Shown: positions 1 to 8,947 of the stretch, in pieces
Layout of the letters: each line of letters begins with the position of its first letter
Numbering within the stretch: the first letter of the stretch is position 1
DNA from: a bacterium
GTDB taxonomy: Bacteria > Cyanobacteriota > Vampirovibrionia > Gastranaerophilales > JBAXKC01
Assembly (NCBI GenBank): GCA_037137535.1
Contig: JBAXKC010000004.1
Span: 1-64,000 of the forward strand
DNA: 64,000 nucleotides
Direction: 5' to 3'
The notes under the pieces: generated by a model
Database searches by the model: none
Told to the model about the DNA's origin: nothing
Seen by the model: the letters and a program-made list of their open reading frames with translations, nothing else
Made by a program: the position numbers and the translations under genes

Positions 1-147
1 AAACTACAAAAAGAATTTAAAAGTTTTACAAGAAAAGTGCTAGTCTAGAGCCTAAACAATTATTCCCCAATCGTCATATTGCAAAAATAAATATTTTTAA
101 CTAAACTTCTCTGCGTAAATAGTTTTCCCTTAAAGGAGATTTTAACT

Positions 148-825
148 ATGACAAATGAAGAATTAGAATATGTTGAAGCTGTTGATTGTTGCTGTTATTT
201 GCCAAGACTTGGCGAACCTGCACCAGATTTTATAGCTGTAACAACACATGGACAAATAAAACTTTCCGAATTTAATAAAGGCAGTTGGGTATTGCTTTTC
301 TCACATCCATCAGATTTTACTCCTGTTTGTACAACAGAATTTATGGCATTTGCCGATAAACAGGCTGAATTTGATAAAAGAAACGTAAAACTCATGGGAC
401 TTAGCGTTGATAGCGTTTATTCACATATTGCCTGGGTTAAACAAATAGAAGAATTATTTGAAGTAAAAATCAAATTCCCTATAATCGCAGATATTCCTAT
501 GAATGTCAGCGAACTTTACGGAATGATTCATCCTGGAATAAGCGAAGCTCATCCAATACGTTCAATTTTCTTAATCGATCCGAATGGAATAATTAGAACA
601 ATAATCTATTATCCATCCAGTGTTGGCAGAAATATTGATGAAATTATCCGTTTAATTGATGCCATGCAAGTTGTAGACAAAGAAGGTGTTGCAACTCCCG
701 TAAACTGGAAACCTGGTGAAAATGTAATAATCCCACCTCCAAAAACAGTTGAAGATGCCTATAAAGCAGAGCATGCAGGACATGAAGAATGCAGCAGCTG
801 GTATCTCTGCAAAAGAAAAGTATAA
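148..825 (+). CDS. Peroxiredoxin (Prx6/AhpC-TSA family)
   Basis: FSHPSDFTPVCTTE peroxidatic motif, GRNIDE and TPVNWKPG motifs; AAGGAG RBS upstream. Confidence 0.93.
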   Translation: MTNEELEYVEAVDCCCYLPRLGEPAPDFIAVTTHGQIKLSEFNKGSWVLLFSHPSDFTPVCTTEFMAFADKQAEFDKRNVKLMGLSVDSVYSHIAWVKQIEELFEVKIKFPIIADIPMNVSELYGMIHPGISEAHPIRSIFLIDPNGIIRTIIYYPSSVGRNIDEIIRLIDAMQVVDKEGVATPVNWKPGENVIIPPPKTVEDAYKAEHAGHEECSSWYLCKRKV

Positions 826-841
826 ATTATTTTTCTAAACT

Positions 842-876
842 AAAAAGTATGGGTTTTAATAAAACCCATACTTTTT
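842..876. terminator. Bidirectional intrinsic terminator between convergent genes
   Basis: AAAAAGTATGGGTTTT-aat-AAAACCCATACTTTTT perfect inverted repeat. Confidence 0.85.
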
Positions 877-896
877 TATATTGAGATAGTTACTGC

Positions 897-1277
897 TTAT
901 TTACAACCGCAACCACAACCGCAATCTTCTTGTTTTTCTTCTTGAGGAACAGCTTTTAATTCAACAACAGGCGCAACCGTTGCAACTGAATCATTATCTT
1001 TATACATAAAATATAAACAAATTTCTGTAGCAACAAGAATTCCATTTAAGATATAAAGAGCTAACACAACGTCCATTGCATAAAGAACTTTGTGAATAAT
1101 ACCGGCGATATATCCAATAAAAATTAATGAAAGGAATAAAATACTTTTTCCTTTTACGCTTTTTGCTTTATATGTTTTGCTGATAGCAAAAGGCCAGCTT
1201 GAACCAAAACAAACTAACATTACCATTTCAAAAACGCTAAATGTATGCCCTAACAATTCAAATTTAAGTTGTAACAT
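897..1277 (-). CDS. Small 3-TM membrane protein (PQ-loop/SemiSWEET-like) with C-terminal Cys-rich tail
   Basis: Three hydrophobic segments, 'KSVKGKSILF' PQ-loop-like linker, ends DCGCGCGCK. Confidence 0.6.
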   Translation of the reverse strand: MLQLKFELLGHTFSVFEMVMLVCFGSSWPFAISKTYKAKSVKGKSILFLSLIFIGYIAGIIHKVLYAMDVVLALYILNGILVATEICLYFMYKDNDSVATVAPVVELKAVPQEEKQEDCGCGCGCK

Positions 1278-1403
1278 TCTTTTTCACCTTCCGTAAAATT
1301 AACTATTGTTTAATACTAGAGTTTTGATGTTATATCAATTATGAATATTATTCAACATGTAAAACACATAAGAAAAATATCTTTTAACATTATTTTAAAA
1401 ATC

Positions 1404-1429
1404 AAAGGACGTTTTAATAAACGTCCTTT
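1404..1429 (-). terminator. Intrinsic terminator after the 621-aa gene
   Basis: AAAGGACGTTT-taat-AAACGTCCTTT inverted repeat just past the stop. Confidence 0.7.
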
Positions 1430-1448
1430 TCTTCCCCGATTATTTTAT

Positions 1449-3314
1449 TTAACCTGCATAAGCCTTTTTTCTATTAAGCAAATCTTTTAAAGTTTGCTCC
1501 ATTTGCGGAGCTTTTGCCTGTGGAGTATTTTGAGTAGCTATAATTTGAGGCTTATTTTCAGTTTTTTGTTCATTTTTAACTTGTATATTTTTTGACGACA
1601 CCTGCAACTTATCAACATTTCCATTTTGTTGTGCTGCAAGCTGTGCTTTTCTCTTTTTTTCTGTGACATAAGCATTATACTTAGGAAGAACTATACCAAG
1701 CATAGCCGTTGACCAGACAAAACCTGTAATCCAAGAAATATTCTTATTGAAATTAAGTTTCTTAAGAAGCTCTTTGGATAAAGCAGCTGAATCACCTGCA
1801 ACTTTGTCAAAAGTTTCCGGTCTAAGCATAGTTTTTGCTTTTTCTGTAAGTTTGCCTGTTCTTTTAACATTCTCAACATAAGCAGAAATATCATTATGAG
1901 ACATTAATCCAGATTTAAAGAATTTGCCTACTTTATCAAGAATATTACCACCCTCAGAGGTTTCACCTTTGACAAGCATACCCTTGCTCAAGTAACCACC
2001 CATAAGTTTAGCCGCAACACTTCCAAGTACAAGCCAGTTCAAATAACCAAGAACATCTCTCGTAAGTGTTTCACGAAACTCGTTAGGATCTCTAGCAGCG
2101 AATAATCGGCCTGTGATAGTTAAAGGATAAATCCCTCTGAAGAAACCAACGTCAGCATAAGGTCCTGTAATAGTTGGATCAATCCAACCTTTAAAAGCTA
2201 ATTTTGGTTTTTGTGAGTTTTGGGTATTAACAGCTGTTTTATTATCAGTTTTTACTGTTTTATTTTTAGAATTTTTATCATCATTTCCAAAATCAGAATA
2301 ACCTACAAAGCCTGATTTACCTGTTCTTGCTTTTGTAATAGCACGATTAATAAACTGGAAAGAGAAACATAGCGAACCAATAATAGCAAAAGTAGCAACT
2401 GTTTTAAATTTCGAAGCACCTTTAAAGGTTTCAACAGCCTTTCCTAATGCTTTATCAATATCAACTTTATTATTTTGAAGCTTCTCTTTTACTGAAGCAG
2501 ACATACCTTTTTCATCATATTTGGTTAAAATATGACGTCCAATATCAACAATATCTCTAACAAAATGATCAGCAGAAGTTGCGATAGACTCTTTTTCTCC
2601 GAGCTTAATGCTAAAACCACTTCGCTCTCCAACGGCATCAGCTAATTGCACGGCAATTTTTTCAGCCTTTTCCTTATCTACATGTGGATGTAAAATAAGC
2701 TCCTGTAATGATGTTAGTATTTGGCCAAACTCTTTATTCTCATGTCCATTGAAATTTTTGCCACTAGCATCTACAGCATGATCAAGAAACTTAACGACTT
2801 TTGATCCGCCATCAGCCTTTGTTCCAACACTTACATGAAGACCGTCAAAGCATTTTTTGACATATTCGTTAACTTTACCATTTATATCATTATTCTTATC
2901 AAGGTTAGTCCAAACATCTTTATGTAAATAATCAACAACTGCGGGTCTAGCATGCAAAGTAGTCTTAACACCAGTCGGATTATTAAATTTTCCGGCTAAT
3001 CCAGCTAATCCCATAGCCACAAAACCAGGAATAATACACATTGAAACAGCGCCGAATGATTCTCTTAAAAAGGTTTCCACACCTGCATAAGGATTTCTTT
3101 TTGCATCAATATATGACCTTGGCCCGATCATAGAGGCAAAGTCTAAAAGTGAATAGTTTAAAAGATCGTTTGTATCAATTGTTTTAATTACATTAGTAGC
3201 GACAGATCCTAAATCTCCAAACGCCAATTCACGCTGGTGGTTTTTATCTTGAGGTGCTCTTTTATGAGCATACTGCTGTGGAGCAATTAAATGATTGTTT
3301 ACGTTTAAACCCAT
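1449..3314 (-). CDS. Hypothetical lineage-specific membrane protein, paralogue of 4707..6737
   Basis: 621-aa ORF, several hydrophobic segments, shared motif blocks with the 676-aa ORF; GAAGGTG RBS. Confidence 0.75.
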   Translation of the reverse strand: MGLNVNNHLIAPQQYAHKRAPQDKNHQRELAFGDLGSVATNVIKTIDTNDLLNYSLLDFASMIGPRSYIDAKRNPYAGVETFLRESFGAVSMCIIPGFVAMGLAGLAGKFNNPTGVKTTLHARPAVVDYLHKDVWTNLDKNNDINGKVNEYVKKCFDGLHVSVGTKADGGSKVVKFLDHAVDASGKNFNGHENKEFGQILTSLQELILHPHVDKEKAEKIAVQLADAVGERSGFSIKLGEKESIATSADHFVRDIVDIGRHILTKYDEKGMSASVKEKLQNNKVDIDKALGKAVETFKGASKFKTVATFAIIGSLCFSFQFINRAITKARTGKSGFVGYSDFGNDDKNSKNKTVKTDNKTAVNTQNSQKPKLAFKGWIDPTITGPYADVGFFRGIYPLTITGRLFAARDPNEFRETLTRDVLGYLNWLVLGSVAAKLMGGYLSKGMLVKGETSEGGNILDKVGKFFKSGLMSHNDISAYVENVKRTGKLTEKAKTMLRPETFDKVAGDSAALSKELLKKLNFNKNISWITGFVWSTAMLGIVLPKYNAYVTEKKRKAQLAAQQNGNVDKLQVSSKNIQVKNEQKTENKPQIIATQNTPQAKAPQMEQTLKDLLNRKKAYAG

Positions 3315-3384
3315 TTCACCTTCCTACCTAATTCACAATTTTAATTTTTTTTAATCTCTTCTTCTTTATATATGAAACCATATT

Positions 3385-3417
3385 TTGGTTTACATGTCTA
3401 AAAAACATGTAAACCAA
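3385..3417. promoter_or_regulatory. 13-bp inverted repeat upstream of the 621-aa gene (operator or RNA hairpin)
   Basis: TTGGTTTACATGT-N7-ACATGTAAACCAA about 70 nt upstream of the start codon. Confidence 0.45.
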
Positions 3418-3612
3418 GAAAATTGCCCCATGAGAAAAAATATATTTTTTAAAATTTTGAAAGAAATAGGAATTTTATTGATAAATTTAAAACATTAAAG
3501 TTTATTTTCTCTTTAAATCGTGATTTTTATAACAAAAGATTAAAGAAACAAATAAATCAAATCAAATTAAGTGTAAAAACAAAACTTAAAGTTTCTTAAC
3601 ATTTGAAAAAGA

Positions 3613-4679
3613 GGCGAATTCGGGCTTAAGATGCAACACATATAGAGACTTGTTGTAATTTATAAAATTTTTGATTTGGTGTTTTATACCCTAATACTTT
3701 CATAGGACGATTATTAATCCAATCTTCAACGTATTGAACTTGTTCATCTGATATTTTATCAAAGTCAGTTCCTTTTGGGAAAAATCTTCTGATTAAGGTG
3801 TTTAAATTTTCAATAGTACCTTTCTCCCAAGCGTGATAAGGCTTACAAAAGAACGATTTCACCTTCAAGTTTTCATTTACTTTTTCGTGCCAGCAAAACT
3901 CGCACCCATTGTCATAAGTTATTGTTTTAGCTATTTTAATAATGTTATTTTTATTTAATGCGTACACAATCGCATTAGACGCTTGCTCGGCAGTTTTCTG
4001 GGCAAGCTTTTTTATTTTAATCATTCTTGTAGCTCTGTCTGCAATAACAAGAAGGGCTGATTTAGAGCCTCTGCAGGAAACAACAGTATCTGCCTCAAAA
4101 TGTCCTAATTCTTCTCTTTTATTTGCTTCTATGGGTCTGAAATCAATATCTATTCTGTTTGGGATTAAAGTTCTTTTGCCTTTACGTCTTGATTGAGGTT
4201 TTCTTCCTAAGTGCTTTCTTGTTAAATACTTTGACAAATGGCTATTACCCTTGTAGATAAAGTCATATATTGCATCTTTACCTACTTTGATTGCAATATC
4301 TTCAAGCATCGTTACTGAAATTATTTCAGGCGACCAGCCAAGTTTAAGCTTTTCTATTATGTATTCTTTAACTTTAGGTTCATCAGTTTTTCTTGTTCTT
4401 CGAGTATTTAATTTATTCTTACGGATATTTTCAATTGTACTAACAGCAAAATATCGGTTTTTAACAATAACGGACGTATCTTTTTTAAATTCTCTACTTA
4501 TTGTGCTTGGACTTCTTCCTAGTTCTTTTGCTATTTTTCTTTTTGAAAAATTATGAGAACTTAAAACGGCAATCTGTTCTCTTTCTTCGGAGGTTAACTG
4601 TTTAAAACTATTTCTCACTTTGCTACTCCTTTCGCTTTCTTATTTTAGCAAAGTGTTGCATTTTATTTCAGAATTCGCC
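3613..4679 (-). mobile_element. IS30-family insertion sequence, apparently intact
   Basis: 27-bp imperfect terminal IRs (GGCGAATTC...ATGCAACAC, 22/27 match) at 3613-3639 and 4653-4679; AGA direct repeat on both flanks (3610-3612, 4680-4682); internal transposase. Confidence 0.92.
3626..4618 (-). CDS. IS30-family DDE transposase
   Basis: N-terminal HTH (IAKELGRSPSTISRE), WSPE, GHFEADT, TYDNGCEF, WEKGTIEN, NNRPMKVLGYKTP motifs; GTG start with AAGGAG RBS. Confidence 0.95.
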   Translation of the reverse strand: MRNSFKQLTSEEREQIAVLSSHNFSKRKIAKELGRSPSTISREFKKDTSVIVKNRYFAVSTIENIRKNKLNTRRTRKTDEPKVKEYIIEKLKLGWSPEIISVTMLEDIAIKVGKDAIYDFIYKGNSHLSKYLTRKHLGRKPQSRRKGKRTLIPNRIDIDFRPIEANKREELGHFEADTVVSCRGSKSALLVIADRATRMIKIKKLAQKTAEQASNAIVYALNKNNIIKIAKTITYDNGCEFCWHEKVNENLKVKSFFCKPYHAWEKGTIENLNTLIRRFFPKGTDFDKISDEQVQYVEDWINNRPMKVLGYKTPNQKFYKLQQVSICVAS

Positions 4680-4706
4680 AGAATCGGAGGGATAAAGATA
4701 AAATTT

Positions 4707-6737
4707 TTATTTTTTCTGCAAGAACTTTGTTATTGCTTGATTAATAGAACTATTTACATCAGGAACATTAACTTGTTTTTGTTCAGGCTGAATATTTTTA
4801 TTTTTATATAATTTCTTTGTGTAATTAATATTAAACCAAGGCAAGAACCAACCTAAGAATCCTGAAACAGCTACAATACTTACAGCTTCCGGCAAACTTT
4901 TAAGAGCTTCAGCAAATTTCACAAGATGATTACCTTCTTTGCTTAGTTCAGCCGTAACTTTATCTAATAATGGTTTTAATTTTTCATCCGAATGAGCTTT
5001 TTTGATTAACGAGATAATTTGTTCATTACTTGACGGTAACAATAAATCAGCCTTACCTGCTTTAAATGGTGCGGTTAAAAAGCCAAATACTCCATTATTG
5101 ATTTTTTCACCTTTACTGCCTAACTTTTCAGCTATTTCATTAAAGGCCTTTTTTGAATCATCTGTTAAAAAATCAAATATTTTATGTAAATTTCCACCAT
5201 GTTTTGAAATATTTTCACTAAAATCAACCAATCCATTTTTATACTTGCCTACTCCTGAATAAATATCGTTTATATTCTCAAAAGACATAGGTTGAACACC
5301 TTTTTTAGGTCTTAAATGATCAGTTATAAAAGCAAAACCTTCTGATAATTTGGAAGAAATAGGAAAGCCTGTAACTTTTCTTGAAATGGTGGAAGTAATA
5401 TTTCTAAGAATAGGAATAGCAAAAACAATTGTTGATAGTCCGCTAAAGTCTCTTGTTGCGACTTCCCTTCTTTCATCGGCATTTCTAGCTTGAAGAAGCC
5501 TCGCACCTAACATAATACCAAGCGTATAAAACGCAAGAATCGCATGTGGTGCATTTTGCTTATTAAAATCTAAATATCTGAAAAATTTACTTCCTCCCCC
5601 TGAAAAAGAAACTTGTTTCTTTTGAGAAGAATTAGCTTCTGAAGGCTTATTTGTGGCTGTATTAATTTCAAGCTTTTTAAATGCTCCCAAATTAATTGCA
5701 TTTGACTGACGGATGGGAACATTAGCTTTATTCTGCTGAGTAACTAGAACTTGGTTGTCCGCAGATTTTGTTAAACCGTCAATGCCTGGGAATTGCTTAT
5801 TTCTTTTATACATAATGGGAATTATGTATAGAAAACTTGCAGTTGCAAGAACAGTAGCAAAAAAGTTAAATTTTCGCCCGTTTGATTTTATATTATGAAG
5901 ATTTTCAATAACACCAGAAAGTTTTTCTTTAGATGAAGTTTTTGCTGTTTCAGCCACCTTTTCAACAATATCTTTTGAATAATTATGCAAATCTTCAACT
6001 AAAGTTCCTATTGTTTTTGTAAAGGTATTATTTGTTAATGTATCTTTTAAAGAAACCTCATGAGAATTATTAAGATGCAAACCATGAGCCTTATTCAAAT
6101 CGGAAACGATCTCCACTAGTTCTTTATTAAGCAGAGCAACTTTATTTTTATCTTTTTCTGTTTCCAATAATCCAATATTTTTTAGAATTTTACTTATTTC
6201 TTCATTTATATTAACTGGAGATTTAAGCTCAACTTTCTTGTGTGCCTCAAAGGCTTCTTGGAAGACATTTGTATAAAACTTATCTTTAAGTTGTCTACTA
6301 TTTTCAAAGTGTGGATCTTTAGCTACATGATTTTTAAAAGAAGCCGTTAATGAATCTAAAGTCTGATGCTGAATGTTTGATGCAGAACCAAACAGTTTCC
6401 CCGATAAAGCAATCAAACCCATTGGAATAAAAAACATACTAGGACCTGAAAATATTTCTCTAATCAGTTCTTCAAACCCTGATTTATAATTAGGATGTCC
6501 CAATTCTTCTTTATTTCTGTTAAAAGCTTGATATGTACGTGGAAGAACCATTCCAATAGTATCTACAAAAAGAAAATCTGCTAATACTCCACCATGCTCA
6601 ATCCATTTTATGCCGCCTGTAACAGCATCAGTGGCGGCAGTTGCTAGATTACCCTTAAAGGGAATCACCTGAGAGAAGTTAGGCTGTTGTTTCAGAGAAT
6701 ATTGTCTGTTATAAGTATTTTGAGTTAAATTAATCAT
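4707..6737 (-). CDS. Hypothetical lineage-specific membrane protein, paralogue of 1449..3314
   Basis: 676-aa ORF with hydrophobic segments and N-terminal IPFKG motif; GAAAGG RBS directly after a leader terminator. Confidence 0.75.
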   Translation of the reverse strand: MINLTQNTYNRQYSLKQQPNFSQVIPFKGNLATAATDAVTGGIKWIEHGGVLADFLFVDTIGMVLPRTYQAFNRNKEELGHPNYKSGFEELIREIFSGPSMFFIPMGLIALSGKLFGSASNIQHQTLDSLTASFKNHVAKDPHFENSRQLKDKFYTNVFQEAFEAHKKVELKSPVNINEEISKILKNIGLLETEKDKNKVALLNKELVEIVSDLNKAHGLHLNNSHEVSLKDTLTNNTFTKTIGTLVEDLHNYSKDIVEKVAETAKTSSKEKLSGVIENLHNIKSNGRKFNFFATVLATASFLYIIPIMYKRNKQFPGIDGLTKSADNQVLVTQQNKANVPIRQSNAINLGAFKKLEINTATNKPSEANSSQKKQVSFSGGGSKFFRYLDFNKQNAPHAILAFYTLGIMLGARLLQARNADERREVATRDFSGLSTIVFAIPILRNITSTISRKVTGFPISSKLSEGFAFITDHLRPKKGVQPMSFENINDIYSGVGKYKNGLVDFSENISKHGGNLHKIFDFLTDDSKKAFNEIAEKLGSKGEKINNGVFGFLTAPFKAGKADLLLPSSNEQIISLIKKAHSDEKLKPLLDKVTAELSKEGNHLVKFAEALKSLPEAVSIVAVSGFLGWFLPWFNINYTKKLYKNKNIQPEQKQVNVPDVNSSINQAITKFLQKK

Positions 6738-6757
6738 TTTTTAAAACCTTTCATAAT

Positions 6758-6795
6758 AAAAACCTGTCGATATCTATGTGATCCGACAGGTTTTT
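6758..6795 (-). terminator. Attenuator terminator in the 5' leader of the 676-aa gene
   Basis: Minus strand AAAAACCTGTCG...CGACAGGTTTTTATT, ending about 20 nt before the ATG. Confidence 0.8.
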
Positions 6796-6828
6796 TATAA
6801 TCTAAATTAACAAGAATAATAAAAAGTA

Positions 6829-6915
6829 TCAGACCAAAACATGCATCATGCAGCAACACATCATGAACATCATTAACATGTTTTTGCAAAAATTGATTGG
6901 CTGATTTGTTTTCAT
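6829..6915 (-). CDS. Met/Cys-rich leader peptide MKTNQPINFCKNMLMMFMMCCCMMHVLV (28 aa)
   Basis: Translated by hand; GAGGA RBS; 8 Met and 4 Cys codons, mostly clustered; followed by antiterminator/terminator; TTGACA at 7001-7006. Confidence 0.8.
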   Translation of the reverse strand: MKTNQPINFCKNMLMMFMMCCCMMHVLV

Positions 6916-7023
6916 TATTATTTCCTCATTAATTTTGTGGCTTGTAAAATATCATTCGGCTTACCTAACTTTATCTATTATTTATATAAAATAATATTAT
7001 TGTCAATAGACTAAAAAAATTTA

Positions 7024-8430
7024 TTATTTTACTAAATTATTTTTCAAATATTCATTAATTTTCACCGATGCAGCATTATTTATAATTGTAGTATTTCCAT
7101 GGCTGATTAAATCAAATCTTAATGACGGATCATAAGTTAAAGAATTCATAATATAATCGCTTGCATTCTCGTCAACAGAAGTTGAACAATATTCTTGGAC
7201 ATAAGAATCCGCCAAAGTTAAACCCTTTCCATTAATTAAAGGTTCTTCAAGTTTATCCGGCAAATTTTCTGAGGTAATCAGTTCAGAATTATTGATTTCA
7301 TCTTTTATTGATTGAAGTAAAATCACTCCGTCTTTAGGCTTTAGAGTTTTTAAGAAACTTGCAACATTAGGCTTATTATTTTCAGCAGGTAATTTTACAT
7401 CATTGCTTATAAGCACTTTTTCAATATCCACATTTTTAACAGATTGATATAATTTTCTCAAAGACTTAGAAGGCAGAGTTTCTTCGGAAAATTTATCAGA
7501 GGTTATAGGCTCAACATAATCAGGATCGATACTTAAAATATCAGGATTTTTTGCTTTTAACTTTTCACCTTCACTAATTGCAACTCTTCCTAATAATTCA
7601 CCCAATGATATCTCTTTAGAATCCTCTTCCTCCACTTCCTTTAAAAGAACAGATTTATCAAATTTATTAACATTATTGATTTGCTCAGAAATCTTAGCCA
7701 CCTCTTTTCTAGCCGTTTTAATCACTTCTTTTCTAAATAAAAATTTATCCGCATCATGTATAACATTATTAAAATATTCTTTGGTTTCGTCATTCTTTTT
7801 AAATGTATCAAATGTTCTTGCTAATAATGTTTTAGCATTATTGAATTTACCTTCCTCTGACCAATCTTTAGCTATGTTGTAGTGATAATCGTCAATATGA
7901 CCATCTTTATTAAAACGCTTCAATAACAATATCGCAACGTCATTATCTCTATCAACAACAGCTTTTAAAGAAGAAGCCGTTTTAATAAGATCTGCATGCT
8001 TTAATGGATCATATTTCTGATTTGGTCCTATTGGAATAGTTCGTTGCCCGACATATTGTGATACATTTTCAATTAATTTAATACTTTTTTCTTCACCAAT
8101 TTTTTCAAAGAATTCTGAAAAAGTCGGTGTTTTAGACTTATTATTAAGTTGAGAATTATAAGTGTTATCTGTTGACTTAAAGAGATTATCCAATGATTTT
8201 CTGTCACTGTTAGTTATTTTTTTTGGAGCTTTAATCGCTTCATTTGCATAATCAAATACAGGGGAATTCTGAATAATATCATAAACTCGTCTTTGTTTAT
8301 GTGTTAAATTTTCTACTATTTTGCTGTTTACCGTTTGAATATTCTCATTATCCTGCACTTCAACCTTATTTGATTTAAAAGTTATTGTCGGGACATTCTG
8401 TTTTACATTGTAATTAAATTTAGTATTCAT
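7024..8430 (-). CDS. Hypothetical soluble protein with N-terminal ITFKS motif
   Basis: 468-aa ORF, AGGAG RBS, no recognisable domain. Confidence 0.7.
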   Translation of the reverse strand: MNTKFNYNVKQNVPTITFKSNKVEVQDNENIQTVNSKIVENLTHKQRRVYDIIQNSPVFDYANEAIKAPKKITNSDRKSLDNLFKSTDNTYNSQLNNKSKTPTFSEFFEKIGEEKSIKLIENVSQYVGQRTIPIGPNQKYDPLKHADLIKTASSLKAVVDRDNDVAILLLKRFNKDGHIDDYHYNIAKDWSEEGKFNNAKTLLARTFDTFKKNDETKEYFNNVIHDADKFLFRKEVIKTARKEVAKISEQINNVNKFDKSVLLKEVEEEDSKEISLGELLGRVAISEGEKLKAKNPDILSIDPDYVEPITSDKFSEETLPSKSLRKLYQSVKNVDIEKVLISNDVKLPAENNKPNVASFLKTLKPKDGVILLQSIKDEINNSELITSENLPDKLEEPLINGKGLTLADSYVQEYCSTSVDENASDYIMNSLTYDPSLRFDLISHGNTTIINNAASVKINEYLKNNLVK

Positions 8431-8655
8431 GATCTTTTCTCCTAATTTCGTTTAATCCTCATCATAGTTAATGATTAACTACGGCTCTTCTTCAAAAAAT
8501 GGTTCTACACTAAAAACATATACGCCTTTCAAGGCAAGTATTTATAAAAGTAAATTTAACTTACAAAGTTAAAGGTTTTTTTAATATAAGCTCCTTTCTT
8601 AAAATAATTTACACTAGCCGTAAATATTTCGGCAAACAGCACTTTGTGTTCAAAT

Positions 8656-8688
8656 AAAAACTGCCTAATTAAAATACAGGCAGTTTTT
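8656..8688 (-). terminator. Attenuator terminator downstream of the second leader peptide
   Basis: Minus strand AAAAACTGCCTG-tattttaat-TAGGCAGTTTTTATTT. Confidence 0.8.
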
Positions 8689-8725
8689 TAAAGTTTATAA
8701 ATTCTAAAATAAAAAACAATGCCTG

Positions 8726-8788
8726 CTAACACATGCAAAAGCACATGCAGCACATATTTAGAGATTTTTTTTGTTTTAGAACGATCAT
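8726..8788 (-). CDS. Cys/Met-rich leader peptide MIVLKQKKSLNMCCMCFCMC (20 aa)
   Basis: Translated by hand; AGGA RBS; last 9 codons are MCCMCFCMC; 14-bp antiterminator starts right after the TAG; TTGACA at 8860-8865. Confidence 0.82.
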   Translation of the reverse strand: MIVLKQKKSLNMCCMCFCMC

Positions 8789-8900
8789 ATTAATTAATCC
8801 TAAAAATTATTATGTTAAAAGAATTTATTCTTATCTCATTTAAAAACAAATATCTATGTTGTCAAGAAATTATTTTTTATCTTATAAAACTTCACAACAA

Positions 8901-8928
8901 AAAAGCGATCCTATTACAGATCGCTTTT
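8901..8928 (-). terminator. Terminator after glucan phosphorylase
   Basis: AAAAGCGATC-N8-GATCGCTTTT with T-tract on the minus strand. Confidence 0.75.
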
Positions 8929-8947
8929 AAGGTTTTAGATATTAAAT

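Noticed and set aside
352-359. GCCGATAA hexamer-like match inside the peroxiredoxin gene
   Set aside because: It lies within coding sequence and has no TAAA at the 15-nt spacing.
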